NCBI RefSeq assembly: GCF_009914755.1
Contig: NC_060941.1
Source of the DNA: the human T2T-CHM13v2.0 reference genome, Homo sapiens
Reading direction: 5' to 3' (one strand)
DNA: 64,000 bases
The number at the start of each line of letters is the position of its first letter. The first letter of the stretch is position 1. Positions 53,401-64,000 of the stretch are shown piece after piece. Position numbers and translations under genes: made by a program. The notes under the pieces were generated by a model, which saw nothing but the letters and a program-made list of their open reading frames with translations, was not told where the DNA came from and ran no database searches.

Positions 53401-56400
53401 CCACTCTGTGTCCTTCGTTCGAAACGGGTATATCTTCACATGACATCTAGACAGAAGCATCCTCAGAAGCTTCTCTGTGATGACTGCATTCAACTCACGG
53501 AGTTGAACACTCCTTTTGAGAGCGCAGTTTTGAAACTCTCTTTCTGTGGCATCTGCAAGGGGACATGTAGACCTCCTTGAAGATTTCGTTGGAAACGGAA
53601 TCATCTTCACATAAAAACTACACAGATGCATTCTCAGGAACTTTTTGGTGATGTTTGTATTCAACTCCCAGAGTTGAACTTTCCTTTGGAAAGAGCAGCT
53701 ATGAAACACTGTTTTTCTAGAATCTGCAAGTGGACGTTTGGAGGGCTTTGTGGTTTGTGGTGGAAAAGGAAATATCTTCACCTAAATACTAGATAGAAGC
53801 ATTCTCAGAAACTGCTTTGTGATGATTGCATTCACCTCACAGAGTTGAACATTCCTATTGATAGAGCAGTTTGGAAACACTCTTGTTGTGGAATGTGCAA
53901 GTGGAGATTTGGAGCGCTTTGAGGCCTATGGTAGTAAAGGGAATAGCTTCATAGAAAAACTAGACAGAAGCATTCTCAGAAAATACTTTGTGATGATTGA
54001 GTTTAACTCACAGAGCTGAACATTCCTTTGGATGGAGCAGGTTTGAGACACACTTTCTGTAGAATCTACAAGTGGATATTTGGACCTCTCTGAGGATTTC
54101 GTTGGAAACGGGATAACTGCACCTAACTAAACGGAAGCATTCTCAGAAACTTCTTGGTGATGTTTGCATTCAAATCCCAGAGTTGAACCTTCCTTTGATA
54201 GTTCAGGTTTGAAACACTCTTTTTGTAGGATCTGCAAGTGGATATTTGGACCACTCTGTGGCCTTCGTTCGAAACGGGTATATCTTCGCATAAAATCTAG
54301 ACAGAAGCCTTCTCAGAAACTTCTCTGTGATGATTGCATTCAACTCACAGAGTTGAACCCTCCTATGGATAGAGCAGTGTTGAAACTCTCTTTTTGTGGA
54401 ATCTGCAAGTGGATATGTGGACCTCTCCGAAGATGTCTTTGGAAACGGGAATATCTTCACATAAAAACTAAACAGAAGCATTCTCAGAAACTTCTCTGTG
54501 ATGTTTGTGTTCAACTCCCAGAGTTTCACATTGCTTTTCATAGAGTAGTTCTGAAACATGCTTTTCGTAGTGTCTACAAGTGGACATTTGGAGCGCTTTC
54601 AGGCCTGTGGTGGAAAACGAATTATGGTCACATAAAAACTGGAGAGAAGCATTGTCAGAAACTTCTTTGTGATGATTGCATTCAACTCACAGAGTTGAAG
54701 GTTCCTTTTCAAAGAGCAGTTTCCAATCACTCTTTGTGTGGAATCTGCAAGTGGATATTTGGACCTATTTTGAAGATTTCGTTGGAAACGGGAGAATCTT
54801 CACAGGAAAGCTAAACAGAAGCATTCTCAGAAACTTCTTTGTGATGCTTGCATTCAACTCACAGAGTTGAACTTTCCTTTCGAGAGAGAAGCTTTGAAAC
54901 ACTCTTTTTCCAGAATCTGCAAGTGGACATTTGGAGGGCTTTGAGGCCTGTGGTGGAAAAGGAATTATCTTCCCGTAAAAGCTAGATAGAAGCATTCTCA
55001 GAAACTACTTTGTGATGATTGCATTCAAGTCACAGAGTTGAACATTCCCTTTGACAGAGCAGTTTGGAAACTCTCTTTGTGTAGAATCTGCAAGTGGAGA
55101 TACGGACCGCTTTGAGGCCTATGGTAGTAAAGGAAATAGCTTCATATAAAAGCTAGACAGTAGCATTCACAGAAAACTCTTGGTGACGACTGAGTTTAAC
55201 TCACAGAGCTGAACATTCCTTTGGATGGAGCAGTTTCGAAACACACTATTTGTAGAATGTGCAAGTGGATATTTGGGCCTCTCTGAGGATTTCGTTGGAA
55301 ACGGGATAAACCGCACAGAACTAAACAGAAGCATTCTCAGAACCTTCTTCGTGATGTTTGCATTCAACTCACAGTGTTGAACCTTTCTTTGATAGTTCAG
55401 GTTTGAAACGGTCTTTCTGTAGAAACTGCAAGTAGATATTTGGACCTCTCTGAGGATTTCGTTGGAAACGGGATAACCCGCACAGAACTAAAACAGAAGC
55501 ATTCTCAGAACCCTCTTCGTGATGTTTGCATTCAACTCACAGTGCTGAACCTTTCTTTGATAGTTCAGCTTTGAAACACTCTTTTTGTAGAAACTGCAAG
55601 TGGATATTTGGTCCTCTCTGAGCATTTCGTTGGAAACGGGATAAACTGCACAGAACTAAACAGAAGCATTCTCAGAACCTTCTTCGTGATGTCTGCATTC
55701 AACTCACAGTGTGGAACCTTTCTTTGATAGTTCAGGTTTGAAACACTCTTTTTGTAGAAACTGCAAGGGGATCATTGCACTCTTTGAGGAGTACCGTAGT
55801 AAAGGAAATAACTTCCTATAAAAAGAAGACAGAAGCTTTCTCAGAAAATTCTTTGGGATGATTGAGTTGAACTCACAGAGCTGAGCATTCCTTGCGATGT
55901 AGCAGTTTAGAAACACACTTTCTGCAGAATCTGCAAGTGCATATTTGGACCTCTGTGAGGAATTCGTTGGAAACGGGATAATTTCAGCTGACTAAACAGA
56001 AGCAGTCTCAGAATCTTCTTTGTGATGTTTGCATTCAAATCCCCGAGTTGAACTTTCCTTTCAAAGTTCACGTTTGAAACACTCTTTTTGCAGGATCTAC
56101 AAGTGGATATTTGGACCACTCTGTGTCCTTCGTTCGAAACGGGTATATCTTCACATGACATCTAGACAGAAGCATCCTCAGAAGCTTCTCTGTGATGACT
56201 GCATTCAACTCACGGAGTTGAACACTCCTTTTGAGAGCGCAGTTTTGAAACTCTCTTTCTGTGGCATCTGCAAGGGGACATGTAGACCTCCTTGAAGATT
56301 TCGTTGGAAACGGAATCATCTTCACATAAAAACTACACAGATGCATTCTCAGGAACTTTTTGGTGATGTTTGTATTCAACTCCCAGAGTTGAACTTTCCT

Positions 56401-59400
56401 TTGGAAAGAGCAGCTATGAAACACTCTTTTTCTAGAATCTGCAAGTGGACGTTTGGAGGGCTTTGTGGTTTGTGGTGGAAAAGGAAATATCTTCACCTAA
56501 ATACTAGATAGAAGCATTCTCAGAAACTGCTTTGTGATGATTGCATTCACCTCACAGAGTTGAACATTCCTATTGATAGAGCAGTTTGGAAACACTCTTG
56601 TTGTGGAATGTGCAAGTGGAGATTTGGAGCGCTTTGAGGCCTATGGTAGTAAAGGGAATAGCTTCATAGAAAAACTAGACAGAAGCATTCTCAGAAAATA
56701 CTTTGTGATGATTGAGTTTAACTCACAGAGCTGAACATTCCTTTGGATGGAGCAGGTTTGAGACACACTTTCTGTAGAATCTACAAGTGGATATTTGGAC
56801 CTCTCTGAGGATTTCGTTGGAAACGGGATAACTGCACCTAACTAAACGGAAGCATTCTCAGAAACTTCTTGGTGATGTTTGCATTCAAATCCCAGAGTTG
56901 AACCTTCCTTTGATAGTTCAGGTTTGAAACACTCTTTTTGTAGGATCTGCAAGTGGATATTTGGACCACTCTGTGGCCTTCGTTCGAAACGGGTATATCT
57001 TCGCATAAAATCTAGACAGAAGCCTTCTCAGAAACTTCTCTGTGATGATTGCATTCAACTCACAGAGTTGAACCCTCCTATGGATAGAGCAGTGTTGAAA
57101 CTCTCTTTTTGTGGAATCTGCAAGTGGATATGTGGACCTCTCCGAAGATGTCTTTGGAAACGGGAATATCTTCACATAAAAACTAAACAGAAGCATTCTC
57201 AGAAACTTCTCTGTGATGTTTGTGTTCAACTCCCAGAGTTTCACATTGCTTTTCATAGAGTAGTTCTGAAACATGCTTTTCGTAGTGTCTACAAGTGGAC
57301 ATTTGGAGCGCTTTCAGGCCTGTGGTGGAAAACGAATTATGGTCACATAAAAACTGGAGAGAAGCATTGTCAGAAACTTCTTTGTGATGATTGCATTCAA
57401 CTCACAGAGTTGAAGGTTCCTTTTCAAAGAGCAGTTTCCAATCACTCTTTGTGTGGAATCTGCAAGTGGATATTTGGACCTATTTTGAAGATTTCGTTGG
57501 AAACGGGAGAATCTTCACAGGAAAGCTAAACAGAAGCATTCTCAGAAACTTCTTTGTGATGCTTGCATTCAACTCACAGAGTTGAACTTTCCTTTCGAGA
57601 GAGAAGCTTTGAAACACTCTTTTTCCAGAATCTGCAAGTGGACATTTGGAGGGCTTTGAGGCCTGTGGTGGAAAAGGAATTATCTTCCCGTAAAAGCTAG
57701 ATAGAAGCATTCTCAGAAACTACTTTGTGATGATTGCATTCAAGTCACAGAGTTGAACATTCCCTTTGACAGAGCAGTTTGGAAACTCTCTTTGTGTAGA
57801 ATCTGCAAGTGGAGATACGGACCGCTTTGAGGCCTATGGTAGTAAAGGAAATAGCTTCATATAAAAGCTAGACAGTAGCATTCACAGAAAACTCTTGGTG
57901 ACGACTGAGTTTAACTCACAGAGCTGAACATTCCTTTGGATGGAGCAGTTTCGAAACACACTATTTGTAGAATGTGCAAGTGGATATTTGGGCCTCTCTG
58001 AGGATTTCGTTGGAAACGGGATAAACCGCACAGAACTAAACAGAAGCATTCTCAGAACCTTCTTCGTGATGTTTGCATTCAACTCACAGTGTTGAACCTT
58101 TCTTTGATAGTTCAGGTTTGAAACGGTCTTTCTGTAGAAACTGCAAGTAGATATTTGGACCTCTCTGAGGATTTCGTTGGAAACGGGATAACCCGCACAG
58201 AACTAAAACAGAAGCATTCTCAGAACCCTCTTCGTGATGTTTGCATTCAACTCACAGTGCTGAACCTTTCTTTGATAGTTCAGCTTTGAAACACTCTTTT
58301 TGTAGAAACTGCAAGTGGATATTTGGTCCTCTCTGAGCATTTCGTTGGAAACGGGATAAACTGCACAGAACTAAACAGAAGCATTCTCAGAACCTTCTTC
58401 GTGATGTCTGCATTCAACTCACAGTGTGGAACCTTTCTTTGATAGTTCAGGTTTGAAACACTCTTTTTGTAGAAACTGCAAGGGGATCATTGCACTCTTT
58501 GAGGAGTACCGTAGTAAAGGAAATAACTTCCTATAAAAAGAAGACAGAAGCTTTCTCAGAAAATTCTTTGGGATGATTGAGTTGAACTCACAGAGCTGAG
58601 CATTCCTTGCGATGTAGCAGTTTAGAAACACACTTTCTGCAGAATCTGCAAGTGCATATTTGGACCTCTGTGAGGAATTCGTTGGAAACGGGATAATTTC
58701 AGCTGACTAAACAGAAGCAGTCTCAGAATCTTCTTTGTGATGTTTGCATTCAAATCCCCGAGTTGAACTTTCCTTTCAAAGTTCACGTTTGAAACACTCT
58801 TTTTGCAGGATCTACAAGTGGATATTTGGACCACTCTGTGTCCTTCGTTCGAAACGGGTATATCTTCACATGACATCTAGACAGAAGCATCCTCAGAAGC
58901 TTCTCTGTGATGACTGCATTCAACTCACGGAGTTGAACACTCCTTTTGAGAGCGCAGTTTTGAAACTCTCTTTCTGTGGCATCTGCAAGGGGACATGTAG
59001 ACCTCCTTGAAGATTTCGTTGGAAACGGAATCATCTTCACATAAAAACTACACAGATGCATTCTCAGGAACTTTTTGGTGATGTTTGTATTCAACTCCCA
59101 GAGTTGAACTTTCCTTTGGAAAGAGCAGCTATGAAACACTCTTTTTCTAGAATCTGCAAGTGGACGTTTGGAGGGCTTTGTGGTTTGTGGTGGAAAAGGA
59201 AATATCTTCACCTAAATACTAGATAGAAGCATTCTCAGAAACTGCTTTGTGATGATTGCATTCACCTCACAGAGTTGAACATTCCTATTGATAGAGCAGT
59301 TTGGAAACACTCTTGTTGTGGAATGTGCAAGTGGAGATTTGGAGCGCTTTGAGGCCTATGGTAGTAAAGGGAATAGCTTCATAGAAAAACTAGACAGAAG

Positions 59401-62400
59401 CATTCTCAGAAAATACTTTGTGATGATTGAGTTTAACTCACAGAGCTGAACATTCCTTTGGATGGAGCAGGTTTGAGACACACTTTCTGTAGAATCTACA
59501 AGTGGATATTTGGACCTCTCTGAGGATTTCGTTGGAAACGGGATAACTGCACCTAACTAAACGGAAGCATTCTCAGAAACTTCTTGGTGATGTTTGCATT
59601 CAAATCCCAGAGTTGAACCTTCCTTTGATAGTTCAGGTTTGAAACACTCTTTTTGTAGGATCTGCAAGTGGATATTTGGACCACTCTGTGGCCTTCGTTC
59701 GAAACGGGTATATCTTCGCATAAAATCTAGACAGAAGCCTTCTCAGAAACTTCTCTGTGATGATTGCATTCAACTCACAGAGTTGAACCCTCCTATGGAT
59801 AGAGCAGTGTTGAAACTCTCTTTTTGTGGAATCTGCAAGTGGATATGTGGACCTCTCCGAAGATGTCTTTGGAAACGGGAATATCTTCACATAAAAACTA
59901 AACAGAAGCATTCTCAGAAACTTCTCTGTGATGTTTGTGTTCAACTCCCAGAGTTTCACATTGCTTTTCATAGAGTAGTTCTGAAACATGCTTTTCGTAG
60001 TGTCTACAAGTGGACATTTGGAGCGCTTTCAGGCCTGTGGTGGAAAACGAATTATGGTCACATAAAAACTGGAGAGAAGCATTGTCAGAAACTTCTTTGT
60101 GATGATTGCATTCAACTCACAGAGTTGAAGGTTCCTTTTCAAAGAGCAGTTTCCAATCACTCTTTGTGTGGAATCTGCAAGTGGATATTTGGACCTATTT
60201 TGAAGATTTCGTTGGAAACGGGAGAATCTTCACAGGAAAGCTAAACAGAAGCATTCTCAGAAACTTCTTTGTGATGCTTGCATTCAACTCACAGAGTTGA
60301 ACTTTCCTTTCGAGAGAGAAGCTTTGAAACACTCTTTTTCCAGAATCTGCAAGTGGACATTTGGAGGGCTTTGAGGCCTGTGGTGGAAAAGGAATTATCT
60401 TCCCGTAAAAGCTAGATAGAAGCATTCTCAGAAACTACTTTGTGATGATTGCATTCAAGTCACAGAGTTGAACATTCCCTTTGACAGAGCAGTTTGGAAA
60501 CTCTCTTTGTGTAGAATCTGCAAGTGGAGATACGGACCGCTTTGAGGCCTATGGTAGTAAAGGAAATAGCTTCATATAAAAGCTAGACAGTAGCATTCAC
60601 AGAAAACTCTTGGTGACGACTGAGTTTAACTCACAGAGCTGAACATTCCTTTGGATGGAGCAGTTTCGAAACACACTATTTGTAGAATGTGCAAGTGGAT
60701 ATTTGGGCCTCTCTGAGGATTTCGTTGGAAACGGGATAAACCGCACAGAACTAAACAGAAGCATTCTCAGAACCTTCTTCGTGATGTTTGCATTCAACTC
60801 ACAGTGTTGAACCTTTCTTTGATAGTTCAGGTTTGAAACGGTCTTTCTGTAGAAACTGCAAGTAGATATTTGGACCTCTCTGAGGATTTCGTTGGAAACG
60901 GGATAACCCGCACAGAACTAAAACAGAAGCATTCTCAGAACCCTCTTCGTGATGTTTGCATTCAACTCACAGTGCTGAACCTTTCTTTGATAGTTCAGCT
61001 TTGAAACACTCTTTTTGTAGAAACTGCAAGTGGATATTTGGTCCTCTCTGAGCATTTCGTTGGAAACGGGATAAACTGCACAGAACTAAACAGAAGCATT
61101 CTCAGAACCTTCTTCGTGATGTCTGCATTCAACTCACAGTGTGGAACCTTTCTTTGATAGTTCAGGTTTGAAACACTCTTTTTGTAGAAACTGCAAGGGG
61201 ATCATTGCACTCTTTGAGGAGTACCGTAGTAAAGGAAATAACTTCCTATAAAAAGAAGACAGAAGCTTTCTCAGAAAATTCTTTGGGATGATTGAGTTGA
61301 ACTCACAGAGCTGAGCATTCCTTGCGATGTAGCAGTTTAGAAACACACTTTCTGCAGAATCTGCAAGTGCATATTTGGACCTCTGTGAGGAATTCGTTGG
61401 AAACGGGATAATTTCAGCTGACTAAACAGAAGCAGTCTCAGAATCTTCTTTGTGATGTTTGCATTCAAATCCCCGAGTTGAACTTTCCTTTCAAAGTTCA
61501 CGTTTGAAACACTCTTTTTGCAGGATCTACAAGTGGATATTTGGACCACTCTGTGTCCTTCGTTCGAAACGGGTATATCTTCACATGACATCTAGACAGA
61601 AGCATCCTCAGAAGCTTCTCTGTGATGACTGCATTCAACTCACGGAGTTGAACACTCCTTTTGAGAGCGCAGTTTTGAAACTCTCTTTCTGTGGCATCTG
61701 CAAGGGGACATGTAGACCTCCTTGAAGATTTCGTTGGAAACGGAATCATCTTCACATAAAAACTACACAGATGCATTCTCAGGAACTTTTTGGTGATGTT
61801 TGTATTCAACTCCCAGAGTTGAACTTTCCTTTGGAAAGAGCAGCTATGAAACACTCTTTTTCTAGAATCTGCAAGTGGACGTTTGGAGGGCTTTGTGGTT
61901 TGTGGTGGAAAAGGAAATATCTTCACCTAAATACTAGATAGAAGCATTCTCAGAAACTGCTTTGTGATGATTGCATTCACCTCACAGAGTTGAACATTCC
62001 TATTGATAGAGCAGTTTGGAAACACTCTTGTTGTGGAATGTGCAAGTGGAGATTTGGAGCGCTTTGAGGCCTATGGTAGTAAAGGGAATAGCTTCATAGA
62101 AAAACTAGACAGAAGCATTCTCAGAAAATACTTTGTGATGATTGAGTTTAACTCACAGAGCTGAACATTCCTTTGGATGGAGCAGGTTTGAGACACACTT
62201 TTTGTAGAATCTACAAGTGGATATTTGGACCTCTCTGAGGATTTCGTTGGAAACGGGATAACTGCACCTAACTAAACGGAAGCATTCTCAGAAACTTCTT
62301 GGTGATGTTTGCATTCAAATCCCAGAGTTGAACCTTCCTTTGATAGTTCAGGTTTGAAACACTCTTTTTGTAGGATCTGCAAGTGGATATTTGGACCACT

Positions 62401-62445
62401 CTGTGGCCTTCGTTCGAAACGGGTATATCTTCGCATAAAATCTAG

Positions 62446-64000
62446 ACAGAAGCCTTCTCAGAAACTTCTCTGTGATGATTGCATTCAACTCACAGAGTTG
62501 AACCCTCCTATGGATAGAGCAGTGTTGAAACTCTCTTTTTGTGGAATCTGCAAGTGGATATGTGGACCTCTCCGAAGATGTCTTTGGAAACGGGAATATC
62601 TTCACATAAAAACTAAACAGAAGCATTCTCAGAAACTTCTCTGTGATGTTTGTGTTCAACTCCCAGAGTTTCACATTGCTTTTCATAGAGTAGTTCTGAA
62701 ACATGCTTTTCGTAGTGTCTACAAGTGGACATTTGGAGCGCTTTCAGGCCTGTGGTGGAAAACGAATTATGGTCACATAAAAACTGGAGAGAAGCATTGT
62801 CAGAAACTTCTTTGTGATGATTGCATTCAACTCACAGAGTTGAAGGTTCCTTTTCAAAGAGCAGTTTCCAATCACTCTTTCTGTGGAATCTGCAAGTGGA
62901 TATTTGGACCTATTTTGAAGATTTCGTTGGAAACGGGAGAATCTTCACAGGAAAGCTAAACAGAAGCATTCTCAGAAACTTCTTTGTGATGCTTGCATTC
63001 AACTCACAGAGTTGAACTTTCCTTTCGAGAGAGAAGCTTTGAAACACTCTTTTTCCAGAATCTGCAAGTGGACATTTGGAGGGCTTTGAGGCCTGTGGTG
63101 GAAAAGGAATTATCTTCCCGTAAAAGCTAGATAGAAGCATTCTCAGAAACTACTTTGTGATGATTGCATTCAAGTCACAGAGTTGAACATTCCCTTTGAC
63201 AGAGCAGTTTGGAAACTCTCTTTGTGTAGAATCTGCAAGTGGAGATATGGACCGCTTTGAGGCCTATGGTAGTAAAGGAAATAGCTTCATATAAAAGCTA
63301 GACAGTAGCATTCACAGAAAACTCTTGGTGACGACTGAGTTTAACTCACAGAGCTGAACATTCCTTTGGATGGAGCAGTTTCGAAACACACTATTTGTAG
63401 AATGTGCAAGTGGATATTTGGGCCTCTCTGAGGATTTCGTTGGAAACGGGATAAACCGCACAGAACTAAACAGAAGCATTCTCAGAACCTTCTTCGTGAT
63501 GTTTGCATTCAACTCACAGTGTTGAACCTTTCTTTGATAGTTCAGGTTTGAAACGGTCTTTCTGTAGAAACTGCAAGTAGATATTTGGACCTCTCTGAGG
63601 ATTTCGTTGGAAACGGGATAACCCGCACAGAACTAAAACAGAAGCATTCTCAGAACCCTCTTCGTGATGTTTGCATTCAACTCACAGTGCTGAACCTTTC
63701 TTTGATAGTTCAGCTTTGAAACACTCTTTTTGTAGAAACTGCAAGTGGATATTTGGTCCTCTCTGAGCATTTCGTTGGAAACGGGATAAACTGCACAGAA
63801 CTAAACAGAAGCATTCTCAGAACCTTCTTCGTGATGTCTGCATTCAACTCACAGTGTGGAACCTTTCTTTGATAGTTCAGGTTTGAAACACTCTTTTTGT
63901 AGAAACTGCAAGGGGATCATTGCACTCTTTGAGGAGTACCGTAGTAAAGGAAATAACTTCCTATAAAAAGAAGACAGAAGCTTTCTCAGAAAATTCTTTG
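62446..64000 (+). repeat. Partial HOR copy 24 (monomers 1-9 and start of 10), truncated by the window edge
   Basis: Collinear with positions 1-1555 of the HOR. Confidence 0.95.

Larger units (their letters stand above)
1..64000 (+). repeat. D17Z1: Centromeric alpha-satellite higher-order repeat array, 2,715-bp 16-mer HOR, about 23.6 tandem copies; best match human chr17 D17Z1 (SF3 pentameric family)
   Basis: Monomers of ~171 bp carry alphoid hallmarks (CAGAAGCATTCTCAGAAACTTCTTTGTGATG...CATTCAACTCACAGAGTTGAAC...TTTCGTTGGAAACGGGA). The sequence recurs exactly every 2,715 bp (HOR starts 1, 2716, 5431, 8146, 10861 ... 59731, 62446), and all ORFs in the track shift by 2,715. The alpha-satellite HOR call is essentially certain. 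The D17Z1 assignment rests on recalled features: 2.7-kb EcoRI 16-mer, pentamer-derived order, internal triplication. Confidence 0.93.

Noticed and set aside
376-63512. All other 64-142 aa ORFs on both strands
   Set aside because: They overlap each other in several frames, recur at exactly 2,715 bp, and vary only through the satellite SNVs. There is no evidence of coding function.
1-64000. CRISPR-like arrangement of a conserved short motif (TTTCGTTGGAAACGGGA) separated by variable sequence
   Set aside because: The intervening sequences are homologous alpha-satellite monomer bodies, not unique spacers. There are no cas genes, and the motif is the CENP-B box.
1-64000. Hidden insertion (L1/Alu, viral or unique sequence), inversion or variant-length HOR
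   Set aside because: The 2,715-bp register holds without offset from the first to the last copy in both the ORF track and the sequence, which leaves no room for an insertion, deletion or strand switch.

Overview
The whole 64 kb window is one uninterrupted, head-to-tail array of primate alpha-satellite DNA. It is organised as a 2,715-bp higher-order repeat (HOR) of 16 monomers of 167-172 bp: 23 full copies plus a 1,555-bp partial copy. The 16-mer size, the underlying pentameric (suprachromosomal family 3-type) monomer order, an internal monomer triplication, dense CENP-B boxes and one EcoRI/PstI/PvuII site per unit best match the human chromosome 17 centromeric array D17Z1 (p17H8-type 16-mer). 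That assignment comes from recalled knowledge, not a database search. I see no genes, RNA genes, transposon insertions, inversions or HOR length variants, and every ORF in the track is a satellite translation recurring every 2,715 bp. I found no previously undescribed biological system. The remaining structure is in about 19 single-nucleotide variable sites read by eye (the list may be incomplete). They define local HOR haplotype blocks, 2-HOR and possible 4-HOR periodicities, mosaic HOR copies and one copy with a broken CENP-B box. HOR copy n starts at 1+2715*(n-1); 'pos' means position within the HOR.
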